Below are positions 24,718 through 37,100 of a stretch of DNA of 64,000 nucleotides, piece by piece. The stretch comes from Trichoplax adhaerens (Eukaryota; Animalia; Placozoa): positions 418,695 to 482,694 of the forward strand of contig NW_002060947.1 in assembly GCF_000150275.1 (NCBI RefSeq). Direction: 5' to 3'. A model generated the notes under the pieces. That model searched no databases and was not told the origin of the DNA. It saw only the letters and a program-made list of their open reading frames with translations. The translations under genes and the position numbers were made by a program. How positions within the stretch are numbered: the first letter of the stretch is position 1; every line of letters begins with the position of its first letter.

Positions 24718-27700
24718 TCTTGCAGTCCTAATCGATCATAAATATATATATATATATGTAACAAGTTCTCGAGCAAATGTAAAGACAGCGTATTAGCAAA
24801 TTAGCAAGAAAATTGATCGGATTTACGACAAGGAAATGGAACCTAATTTGATCTCCTAAATAGACAGTGTAGTTGATGTCATACTGTATTCAAGCTTATT
24901 ACGATACTATTTGTATTCAAGTTGTCTTGAATGGATGCAAGGTTAAGAACGTGACTGAACACTAATTATATTATTCGTGGATTAATGGCATTAAACAAAC
25001 TTTTGGCTTGTAAAAAGTATTCTTGTAGCGAAACTTAGTGTTGTGATTGTAGACTTTTAGCTATTTTAGTAAGATGTTCGGAAGCGCAACTTTTATATTT
25101 ATCTTAAGACGTATTTGGTAGCTCGCTACTATGGACTTTAATGGTCGATTCTATGCTACAGTACAGGTGACTATATATAGTAAGGTAATGAGTTACTATT
25201 AATTAAGACTAGAGGTAAAAATAGAACTGTAATTCATTATATTAACCGTTCGTTGAAATAACTAAATGCAAGGCAAGATGAGCAATAAAGAAATACTGGT
25301 AGGCACCCGTGCCACACTTTTACCAGGCATATAGAAGAACTTGGAGTCGAAGCATGAATACTAGTCCTAGCCTTTTTGCATGAATTACTTTGTACACTTC
25401 GTTTAACCCTTAAAATTTTCGTTTATGTACTATTGCTTTCTAATAGGCACTGATATTCGTGTCGATCACTTTTAAGTCATCAATGGTTTCTACTCTAACA
25501 AACAAGCATCTGATATCAATGGCTGGATACTTATAGTACAAGATATCTTCAATTAAGGCGTATACCTCTAGATCGCGTAACGGTCTACTAACAGTTCAGA
25601 GATTATACAGTTAGATGGTATAACATATTGACAGAAAAAAATTTTCATCGATTTACTGCTGCTTTCAATAGACACTACGGTATGTTCAAGTGGATCATTT
25701 TTGAGTTATCAATTAATTATTTTTACTTTCAAAATTTAGCATCTGACATCAATAGTTGGATAAAATATAAGATATCTTATTTATAATTGGCAAAGCTAAT
25801 CTATCACTACCTGCAATATACGTATAGTCCACTAACTCCAGCTGAGGATTAATTACGCATCGAACAACTGTTTGAATTCTTGCTAGATAGGGTATCTTTT
25901 CATCTAGAGAAACTCTTACCACCAATATAAAACTGCTTGGAAGAATTTTAAGCTGTACATCCCTTTGTGAATCGAGCTATTCCCTTTCTTTATTTTTTAA
26001 TTACAACTTGCCCTAGGGGGTTTAAAGCCTATAGAATCTCTAAAAGGGAGGAACTATTCTATTTTGTATTGAATTACAATATTGCTGATTAAAATAGTAG
26101 CCTTAAGGTTTCTTCAAAGTCTTGGCGGAATGTGAACACAGTGAATGACTGACACTGTACTAAGAGATTTTAGTTCAATTTTTTTATTTTTAACCTTACA
26201 ATTATCAAATTCTACGTGAGTTAGTGCTTGGGTAGGCGGCGACGTTATTGTTCAACTGCAGTGTCACATGACGAGTGAATTAAAATAAAACTAATTAGTA
26301 TCAATTAGCATAGCGTACAGAGTCTAGGATCAGAATTATAACAATATTAACATCGCAGAATAAAGAATTATTAAATTTGATATTTTCCATTATTTAAAAA
26401 TGTCTGCCAAATGGCTTTGCTTTATTTACTTGAAGCATTGGATGACTCAAACAATCAATCCCTGTTTCTTTAGTTGCTTTACTAATTCTAAGTTAAAGAC
26501 ATTGAACCATTCACCCTATAAAGATCATCATGCCATGTAACTATGAAGTCGTCTACACATAAATAAAATCTACTGCCTTATCCGTGCACGGTAGAAGTGA
26601 TACTTCAGGAGTAATAGCTAGTTAATAAAATAGTCAATAACCCAGATAGATAATTTTAAAATTATCACAGCTACTATCGATCAAGTAATACGATATCTAG
26701 CATACTGTATATAATATAGATTAATTATATATATATTTATATATATAACATATAGATACATACTGTATATTCATTATAGGTAGCAAAACTGTTCAATGCA
26801 ATCGTTATTTTAATAGACGATGTATGAAGAGCGTAATAATGTAGATTGAAGGTGGCCAGTAATTTGATGTTTAATCATTATAACCTAATCTATTCGCGAT
26901 TTATTTTAAATTGCAAGGAATGATTTGTATAGCTAAGCTAAAATACTTGTAAAACAAATAGGATATTTAAAGACTTGTAAAGTGAATTAGAATTCAGTCC
27001 ATTAATTCGTAAACTTGGAGGGCGTAAATCTGGTCGAGTTCTATTCAATTTCGTTCTGGAATCATTGAACTCCAAATCCATTATATAAATACCTATTATT
27101 GCTAATTATAATCTTATGAGTAGACACGTATCTACTACCTCCTCCATCAATTTTAGATATATCAAAAACCCGTTACTTACAGAATTAATTACATTATCAT
27201 CTCTGTATTCCAGGTGAAGTGACTATATTGTAGTGACAAGCTGAAAATCAAGAACCGATTATCTCGTAACGCTATATACTAAACGAGACTAATAAGCTTA
27301 GATATTCTGCTATGATCATAGAGGCTTGACGATAGTTTCGTTAATAGAATTATTTTATGACGTTAATAAGTGATTTAGTTATAAAATCTTAACAGCTATA
27401 ATTGTTTCTATACAACGGGATTCTACTCCAGTCTAGTTTCCTAAATTCTTCTTACTTGAGTTTAGACCACTTCTCCTTTTATAGGGGTGACAACAGCAAA
27501 TCATTTTGTTACTCGATTACAATTTATATTTTTCACATTTTAGGTCTAATAACAATTTACACCTAAGATGCAGGTACGCTAATCTGCATATTACTCACAA
27601 TAACTAATGTCAAGATATGATTGCTCTTCGCCTTTATTCGTGGTCAAATACAACACATAGAAAGTATTGGTGAATTTATGTAAAGCAACCTGTTTGAACA

Positions 27701-28302
27701 AAATTCTTAGGGCCTACAGTTACGATTATCAAAGTAGTAATGTATTAATTTTACATTTATGCAAATGTTATTATCCATTACCAAGAGCACTGCAATAAGT
27801 TCAATGCCTAACATAGGTGTTAAATAGCCATTTTTTATCACTAGCGTCAATAGTAACTTAGCAGTATTCCAAGCATCTGTAACGTAGCAGCGTATCTTCG
27901 TATGCTGAAGTTTACAGCATACGTACATACAATTTCACTTTATACCTTAATATTTGATAATCTACTGAACACTACACTTAACATAGCAATTGATCTAAAA
28001 TTTAATTTTTCGCTCTTTGAAATGCTATACAACATTAAGGCTGATTTTATCCAGTTTTACTACAAAGATTTAATTCACGATAGTAGATCCATTATAAATC
28101 AGCTCGATCGTCTTAGAATAGATGAACTGATTCTACACATGGTGGTAGTAAATAGATTTTAGCTCCTTAAGGTCGTAAACTACGAAACTTAAAACTAAAG
28201 TAGTTAAAATAAAACAATTAGTAACACATAACTACTGTAATTATCTGAAATCACTACGACACTATCTTTCATCTTACATCAACACTTGTCAGTTCACTAC
28301 TC

Positions 28303-29439
28303 TCATCCAAATGTACTGAGTACATCACTATTTAACTGCTCAACGATAGATTCCACGTCTTTCCTTAACTGTGGACTTGCATGTTGGCTTAGTACTATTT
28401 GAAGAGCATCGTACTCGGGAATGCCTCCATGCTGCTTGATGATAGGTAAAACTGTATCGAAAAGGCTATTTAAACCAATATCAGATTGATCCATGTATAA
28501 CTCTTTTAGTGATCGACGAGGTATCAGCAGCAATCTTTGGATATTATCAATTGTATCTTGGCTAAGTTCATCGTATCGAGATATATCTCGAGCAATGTCT
28601 TGTTGGTTTAGAAAAGCCTGAGAAAAGTAAATTTTGGTAGGAAATTCGACTTTATAGCATGGCAAGTTATAGTTTTGACAACACCTTTTAATAATACAAT
28701 CTAGAGCATTTTTTTCGTATTCTTCGGTAGTAGGATTCGTGTTCGTGATATATTGATTTTTAAACTTCCATTGTAAAGCCATACAACTATCTGGCTTAGG
28801 AATACTATGACAAAATATAGCTATACCATTGTCAGACAAGATATCGTTGGCTAAGGAACGGAAAATTTGTTGAAAGCTATCTTCGGGTACACTCTCGTCA
28901 AATACGTAATACAAGCAATGGCATATAAACGCCATGGAAAATGTTTTTCTCTCTGCTTCGGCATGATCACTATTCCAAGCTAATAAATTAAGTAGGTTAT
29001 CCTTGAATGAATTGCCTCTTTTAATGGAAAATGATTTTATTGGCATGGTTTGAGAGCTTATGGCTTGTAGAAAGGCTTTAACAGCTAATCCTGCATTATT
29101 TGTAATCTCGTTTAATTCTTTGGTAGCTGCAGTACTTCCATCGTTATTACAAGCTGCAAATTGATAGTCATTTTGGCCAGTAAACGTGGTATTAATATCC
29201 GTTGCTCTAATGTCAAAGCCTGATTTGAAATGGAGGCCACGAAAGTACCCAATCGTTCTTTCACCAGGCCCACAACCAATTTCAGCTAATTTAATCGTCT
29301 GATCACCTTTGAATAAAATTGATTTTTCTTCGAATGCTTTGAGTAATAACTGCATTACCTTCCACGTTATTTCTGGAATATTACTGTTACGTTCGAAGGA
29401 TAAAAAACTTACGTCGTAATGGTAATTTTCAATATCCAT
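28303..29439 (-). CDS. Class I SAM-dependent methyltransferase, HNMT-like (copy 4), intronless CDS, 378 aa
   Basis: LAEIGCGPG, DIRATDIN, FSMAFICHCLYYV, ILSDNGIAIFC; full ORF. Confidence 0.87.
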   Translation of the reverse strand: MDIENYHYDVSFLSFERNSNIPEITWKVMQLLLKAFEEKSILFKGDQTIKLAEIGCGPGERTIGYFRGLHFKSGFDIRATDINTTFTGQNDYQFAACNNDGSTAATKELNEITNNAGLAVKAFLQAISSQTMPIKSFSIKRGNSFKDNLLNLLAWNSDHAEAERKTFSMAFICHCLYYVFDESVPEDSFQQIFRSLANDILSDNGIAIFCHSIPKPDSCMALQWKFKNQYITNTNPTTEEYEKNALDCIIKRCCQNYNLPCYKVEFPTKIYFSQAFLNQQDIARDISRYDELSQDTIDNIQRLLLIPRRSLKELYMDQSDIGLNSLFDTVLPIIKQHGGIPEYDALQIVLSQHASPQLRKDVESIVEQLNSDVLSTFG

Positions 29440-31407
29440 TTTGTAGTCCTACTCGATAAAATATTCAATTGCCTTTTATAAGTTGTTGAAATGGAAAAAC
29501 CAATTCTCCAATCAATTGGTACAAGTTTTAAACAACACAGTTAGTAAGGAGGTTGATCGGATTGACGATCAATAAATGGGATAAATCTGTTTTAATCTTC
29601 TCGATAGACAGTGTAGTCGATGTCATACTGTGTTGACAGCTGGAATGCACGTTGTGCTGTCAGCTGTTATGTATGTAAGAATACAGTGACTTGTTGTACT
29701 GCACCTAAACGTGTTAGCATAAGATAAGGTAATGAATTACTAAGATAAGGGTATAATACGCCATTACAGCTATACTATTTAAATGCAGTAAATCCTAAAT
29801 AAAAGGGATTTTTTCAGTAAGCTTACTAGTAGGAGTGTATCAAAGTTCCTCGTGTTAACGTTAACGACTAAGAGTGGAAACACAACGTCAGCCAAGTTGT
29901 ACGACAGGGCTGTCGATAAAACAAGTGGCAAAGTACTACGCGAGATATGCAAGGTGAAAAGTCATTTATTGCCCCGTGTTACCCTCGTGCATTAAATCAT
30001 ACAATATTACATATATATGTAGACATGATTAGTATCAATATCGTTACAATCTTTATCTTGCCATTGACAACGGCACTGCTTGTATTTATTATTTAATAAC
30101 TTGTCTTGAATGAATGCGAGATTGATAGCGTGATTCATCACGAATTAACTAATTTATATTGAATCAATCTTATCTTACCATAGACAACTGTACTCTTTGT
30201 ATTCAATATTAATAATACTGTATGTTTTAAATAAATGCAAGATTGATAACGTGATTCAACGCTAATTAATGAATTACTTGTGGATTAATTAATTTATATG
30301 TATTGAATTAACTTTTGGCTTGTACGCATGATAGGTACTGGTACGCCTGCTGCTTGCACGGTACCTTGGTTGGGTAGAACAAAATTCGTACGGGTTGCAA
30401 TCCCTAGTTGTGAACATTTTGCACTATTTCTACAACGGTATTTTCTGCTTCAAAAACGTGTCATGTCTAGTACTGAATACACACAAAAAAGCTCCCATTC
30501 TCCGTTTGGACATAATTATATGATAAAATAATCTACTTTCATTTTATGTCATGATATACAGTAGTTAGAGGGGACAGTATCTAAAATATTGACCCGAAAA
30601 AATTTCTCGTTGATGCACTACTACTTTTGTATCTGACAAAATGTACCTAGTAAATGATTTATGAATGATGCATTGTTTCTACCCTTACAAATTAGTACAT
30701 GACATCAATATTTGGATGAAAGTACGAGATATCTTCAATCAGTAAAGCTAATTATAATCATCTTTTACTACCTACTTCGTATCGGTATACACGTAGTCCA
30801 GATGCGGATTAATTTCGTGTCGAATGACCTTTTAAGTTGTCGAAAGACAAACTTCACTACCAGTTGATGTGTCTTGTAATTTATAGTACAATACTGAACA
30901 TGCACAAACAATACGAGTATTATGATGGATCTAGAGATTGGCAGGTGATACTTTGCATAAAATACAGCTTACGCTTTGCTACTAGTTAATTAATTGAATT
31001 TATTGAAACTTGAACTATACGATGAACATACGTTACCATGCACAGCGAGATTAAATTCGATGGCACAGCAGAAAAATAAAATGGTGTATGTAAAATTAAG
31101 CCTAAATTGAGTAAAACTATTGTGTGATACTTGTACATCTAACTTTTATATAGAATTATTAGCATATCATAACTTTGGTTCATCACCCGATTTTGCCCTT
31201 GAAATTAATCTCGCGGTACGGTATACTGTTAGGGTTTCGAAGTTGGGAGGTTCAAAAAATTTCTTTTTATAGTTGTTTGGCCGTTTTAAATTCGGCGAAG
31301 ACCGTCAATACTACTTAATGCTGGCTGATTCTGGAGGTGGGCATAATATTTTTCCCTTTCCATCCATTTTCAAACCTTTTTGTTCTCCTGTGATGTATAT
31401 TATAAGC

Positions 31408-31603
31408 AATTCCACTATACACCAATGTATATTTACTTAGACGTTCAAGCTTATTTGTACTATGGTCTAAATATTAACCAGATTGCAGAAAAGGTCAAAC
31501 GAGTACAGTATAAGTAATTCCACTATACACGAATGTATATTTACTGTTCAAGATTGTTTGTACTGTACGAAGGTCTAAATATTGACCAGATTGCAGAAAA
31601 GGT
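31408..31603. repeat. Two-copy direct repeat of ~90 bp
   Basis: aattccactatacac..aatgtatatttact...ccagattgcagaaaaggt at ~31408 and ~31517. Confidence 0.9.
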
Positions 31604-32917
31604 TATACGCACACTCACACCATATTATACTGTACAGTAGTTAGCATGGCAGCCAGTATGTGCTCAATGTTTATTTAGATCTCGGGATATAAAATTGATA
31701 TTGGGGAGGGTTACCGGCTGTTGGACAATTGGAAAGTTAAGGTGGTAGGTACGTATAACATAATCGACTTGATCCACAATTTGTTGCTGCACTCCCCTTG
31801 ACGAATCGAAGCACGGCCGTAGCTAGAAGCATTCCTTTCTTTTTTGAACTAATTTCAACAACTTGTATTAGATTCGAGTGAAGGTTGCAGTTTTTTGAAA
31901 GTCTTGTGGTATGCGCTTCTATTTAGTGAATGAGAATAACTTCATGCAAGGACTACCAGAATAGATTGTCACCTATCTCATTCGTTTTCAGTAATTTGTA
32001 GTAAAAAGTGAATCAATATTCCCTTCATGGGCTACATATTATAGCCACTTTAAAATCGACTTGTGTTAGCATGATTGACTGTTAATTTGTTGCTTCCATT
32101 TAATTATTTCCAAGTGCCTGCTAGTGGCTTTACTGTATTTTGCTTGAAGCTCATGTGCGGTAGATTTTCATGATGACTATCATTCCCTGGCTAAAAAATG
32201 AAATCCTATTTCTTTAGTTACCTTAATAATTCAAGTTGAAAAATACAGTACAACTGTAAGTGGCAGAGACAGCCGACAATAGCGCTACTACTTATTCAAG
32301 ATTATCATACCTTTTGAATTTGAATTAGTATACGCGTGAATAAAGTTGAAAATCTATTGCGTTGTGAGGGTAGAAGTCACGCTGTACAAGTGATAAATAA
32401 AAAAAAAATATAGTACTAGGAAATGAATTTATAAATATCATTACTTCTAAAATCGATCATATTTGACGATAATTGGTCTAGCCAAGTTGCTGAAATGATT
32501 ATGTGGGTATGGGAATTGGTAAAAGAATTACAGACTACAGTAAAAGCATCTACCTTCGATTTTGCTGTAATACTGTCTCAAGGCTATTCAAGTTAATGTC
32601 GTGTTCACTTGGTAATTATACTAACTAAAAAAGGTTTACTTACCTCTTCAATAACAATAAACGAGTTACAGTAGCCGAAACTGCGTTCAGACTCGATCAA
32701 CTACCGATTAAGACTGTTGCAAAAGCTAAATTTGTAGTAAATTTATGGCATTTGAAAGCCAAAGTATTGGTCCATCAATTAATTGCAATTGCACGCATCC
32801 AACCAATTTTTATGAAGCTACATAACTTATTTAAATTGCTAAAACTGCATGTTGACCAGGAGTAAATACAACTGAATATTTTATGAAGATATCAGCTTTA
32901 AACTAAGCTATGACATT

Positions 32918-32942
32918 TAGTAGTAGTAGTAGTAGTAGTAGT
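32918..32942. repeat. (TAG)n microsatellite
   Basis: About eight TAG units in tandem. Confidence 0.9.
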
Positions 32943-34119
32943 GTTAATTATTCTTGCATACTACCTTTTTAATAAAGCTGGTTTCGCTGTATATTAAATA
33001 ATGAAGTATGAGATAATTTTAATTTATGAAATTATTCCAGTAGCTAAGACAATTTTTAACGAAATGACTTTTAAGGTTAACAAATTCAATATTTACTGGC
33101 AAACAGGTAAGATCCTTTCATTCAAGCAGAAATACTAAGAAAAATCATACGCTCATCAACTTTTACCCCTTATATATACTCGTATAGAAGTAATTGCTGT
33201 GAAATCGTGTACTGTAAATTTCAACGACTACAATATTTTCGTAACTGCACTCTTATTTTTGGAGTTACAGTATAATGCTAAAATATTTTAACATTAATGA
33301 AGATAGCATTGCATTAGTTATACTGTTGTTTTGATCAGCATCATACGTCGGTTAGAATTGAACCACTTCTACGTAATACAACTCATTCTGAATACCAGTT
33401 ATGCAGTGTTCTTTTAGTGTAACTATTTTTATGCGTAAAACTCCAAGAATAACTTTACAGCTAATTAGTTCTCAGCAAAGTCAAAAATGATGCATAAAAC
33501 TTTTAAGCGCAATTTAGTCGATATCTTCAAGCACCAGTACACCAAATGCTGAAATAAATTAGTAATAAAAATGAACTAGATTTTAAACTATTCTAAATTA
33601 TTTCACTATAAAACATTTCATTTTAGTAGCTGAACTATGAAGCCTTGCGATAACCTTAAAACTAGTGCCACAAGAAACAGGATTTAAACAACAATGTAAT
33701 TATTTTCAGCATTATTAAATAAATAAAATGATCAATAAATAATCTGATAAGAAATAATTTTCTTCCAGCACGATGAGTTTCTATTTACAATAATAACTTA
33801 TCGTAATATACAGTAAGGTAATTCGAGCTTTGTCATAGCTGTGCTACTTTCGCTACGGCGGCTACATAACAAACTTACGTAAATACGATTTCTAAAATTT
33901 TTCCAGCCGTATAAACATATACTTTATATTTTAAAACATATAGTCACTTATTGTGCTTCGGGTAAAACCCCAGTAAACTAAAATAGATTCATTCAAGCAA
34001 TATCTGCGGTGCTACATAGAGCTATCAGTATGAAGCAAATTTCAATAGTCATTAATGCAGCTAAGCCTAATGCAAAATGTCTGCTTCATAAACAAATATT
34101 AAGATCGATAATTTAGCAT

Positions 34120-37100
34120 TTAATCGCCTAAGGGTTTTTCAACGCTACTATCGTATCTTCGAATAAGTTCAGCCTGCAGTTAAAATTAAAAATAAACTAC
34201 GTGAATGCGTTGTAAAATATACTTTGAATGAAGCTCAAAATTATATAATGCGCAATTTGACGATAGTATAGATCTGTCTACGTATCGATACCTACCTGCG
34301 AAGTAGCACCATGTTCTTCTTGCGAAAAAGCAAAACCACCTAAAAATTGTTAAACGAGTATTACTTAGTACCGGTATTTCGTGTAAAGCCTTATGCAACT
34401 ATCTAAACTCTATTGCAATACACACTTTGTGCATTGTATCTAGCGTTACCACCAAAGGCAATTATTGGTAAATGTTTCCTGCAAGATGGTTCAAAAAAGT
34501 AATTTAAGTACTTGACATTAGTAATTAACGTTACAAGTACTAACTAATTCTTTGCATGCCAGTACGTACCATATCGTATCCTTGATATCACTACCCTTTA
34601 GTCGTGTTTCAATATCACCCTGCGTGAATGAAAATCAAAAAATTACAGAAAATACCCATAATAAAAGATAACAAAAAAGGTAAAATAGTGTTATAATAAT
34701 CATAAGGGAAATGGTAAAAAAATAAAAGCACTTATCCATTGTTACTAACCTGTCTTTGTTCAAGCTCCTGTACTTCCTGGGTTAAAGTCTTAAAAAATGT
34801 TCTTTGAATTCTATTATATTTGTAATTATTTATTGAGATAAGGGCTTCCTTAAAAGTAGGTATACATAATATTGCAATAATTATAATAAGTATGAATTCT
34901 ATACTTTATCTGATATCATTACGTACATTGCCCAAACGCAATCCCGGAAAAGAGTTATCACAGCAACAATTATCACCGTAAACCAAAATGATGGGCATTT
35001 AAACATAATCAATTCCTTAATTCAAGATAAAAAAGTAAACAATTTAGCTTTAAGGAGTCTCTTGAAAAATTAACACACTATCACATAGTGTCTAAAGTAC
35101 AACATTACGTCTAACTTTATGAATATTTCAAATACCCACCAAACCGGCCATATTTGAACCGATATCAACCGCTGGCCAAAGATTGCAAAACATGAATAGA
35201 AACAGGAACCAGCTAATAATACTACCCCAAATGACTAAATGTGTAACCTTCAATTTTAAGAGATTAATATAGTATTGAGTTCGATATACTCTTAATTATC
35301 TTTAAATGATAATCAAATAAAAGACTTTACCCAATTCCAATAATCAGTTAAAAGGGCAATCTTTAGATTCACGGTTACAACAACAGCCTATGCCGAAATG
35401 AAATGTAATCTATATTAACTAATAATGATTTGTTAAATGTCATGAAATTTCATTACGTACCGTATAAATAACGTTTCCCACAAACCATTCACCAACCACT
35501 TTGCCATTAATGAATGGTATTTCTTAATGGTAAAAATCAACATTACGATTATTACAAGATTATTGGATCTACGTCGATAAAATTTTATAAGCGTAATTAA
35601 CTACTATTCCAGAACTAAGACTTACCATGAGTGAATGCAAGGATGATTAACCAAAATATAACTAAAGTATGGAATACTGCGTTTAGTGTCCAAAGCCAAA
35701 AGACCTACATTAAAAGTAACCTTAGAATATGACTTGATTCTAATTAAAATGAAATTTTAATATCTGATTATTCTAACCTTAGTATTGTAAGTATCATTTT
35801 TTTGTGTTTCTTTATACAGTTTCGGATATTGTAGAAGACTCTTAGGTGATAACGTTTGATCAAAAATGCCGATAGCGATGGGAGGCAGGGAGGTAAAGAT
35901 CTATAAATTCAGTTTAATTATTACTGTTATGCGCATTAAGCTTAAGTTGATATTACAAAATAAGCATAAAATTATTATCCATAAATAGTTCATCTCATTG
36001 TCTTACAATATTGTAAACAGATATTGTCCATTGATTAAATAGAGTCTGTCCAGAAAATCCATTAACCGTGGCAAACCAAAACTGGCAAAAAATGAACTAT
36101 TTAATTGGTGAAAACAGCATCATTTATGGAGCTCATTGCTATCCGTTACCTCAATTAAGTAAAGTGTATAATTCTTGTAAAAGCAATATAAAATACATTT
36201 GCAGATCCTATTATAGCTCCAATTTCCATGAACAAATAATAATTTACGAAGGAAATGGAATCGTGCGATACTATAGTCAGCAGCACAAACAGCTTGCATT
36301 CCTTCTTGACCGCTAATACCAATACCAATGTGGGCGGTCTAACAATAAAAAATATACCTTAGAGGGTGCTATGATATAATAATATAAAACAACATAGCTC
36401 TTGAAAACAATTCTTACCTGAATCATACCGACATCATTTGCTCCATCACCGATAGCTAACGTAATAGCCTTCACTTCATTTCTAACGAGTTGGACAACCA
36501 AAGATTTTTGTAAAGGAGAAACTCGACAACAAATAATTGACTTACAGGATAATGCAATATCTAAAAAAATATCTTTTAATTCTTTCTCTAACGCAAACTG
36601 TAGCGCGTGTCCATCAATAACCAATGCAGTATTGTTATCTTTACGAAGGTTATCACCAAATGCTTGTACATGGTTATATAGCGTAGTCCTTACGCCAGCT
36701 AGCGTAGAATCATTCACAATTAGTATTGCCATATCATCGTTTAGAAGGCGACAAGAGTATCCAATGTTGATAGCAGTTTCTTGCTTATCGCCTGTTAAGA
36801 CCCATAAATTGATGCCAGCCTTCGCTAAAGCTGCGATAGTTTCAGGAACATATTCTTGTAACTTATCTTCTATGGCAGAGGCTCCAATTAGATACAATTC
36901 CTTTTCAATCAATTCTGCAGCTTCATCTATCTTGCTGTCTCTGTCTTCCATTGCTGTACTCGCTTGCTTAAACATTTCATTCCATTCACTGAATTGACTT
37001 TCTGTGAGCTCTCGCATTCCAAAGCACAAAGTTCGGAGACCATCAACGGCGAATTCTCTTAACTGATCAGAAGTTTGATCTGCGAATGGTGATCCACCAG

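Larger units (their letters stand above)
21950..32470. repeat. Tandem segmental duplication, unit A ~21950-26700 and unit B ~26780-32470, each with one methyltransferase
   Basis: Colinear matches: 21970-22440 vs 26800-27280; 22960-24720 vs 27685-29440 (very high identity); 24810-25860 vs 29550-30825 (patchy); 26100-26695 vs 31880-32470 (diverged). Borders are approximate. Confidence 0.85.

Noticed and set aside
27902-28162. 86-aa ORF in the duplicated 3' flank of the methyltransferases
   Set aside because: The paralogous region at ~23170-23440 has substitutions and indels that break the 5' part; its similarity reflects duplication, not coding constraint.
36632-36997. 121-aa plus-strand ORF
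   Set aside because: Antisense shadow of the large ATP8A exon.
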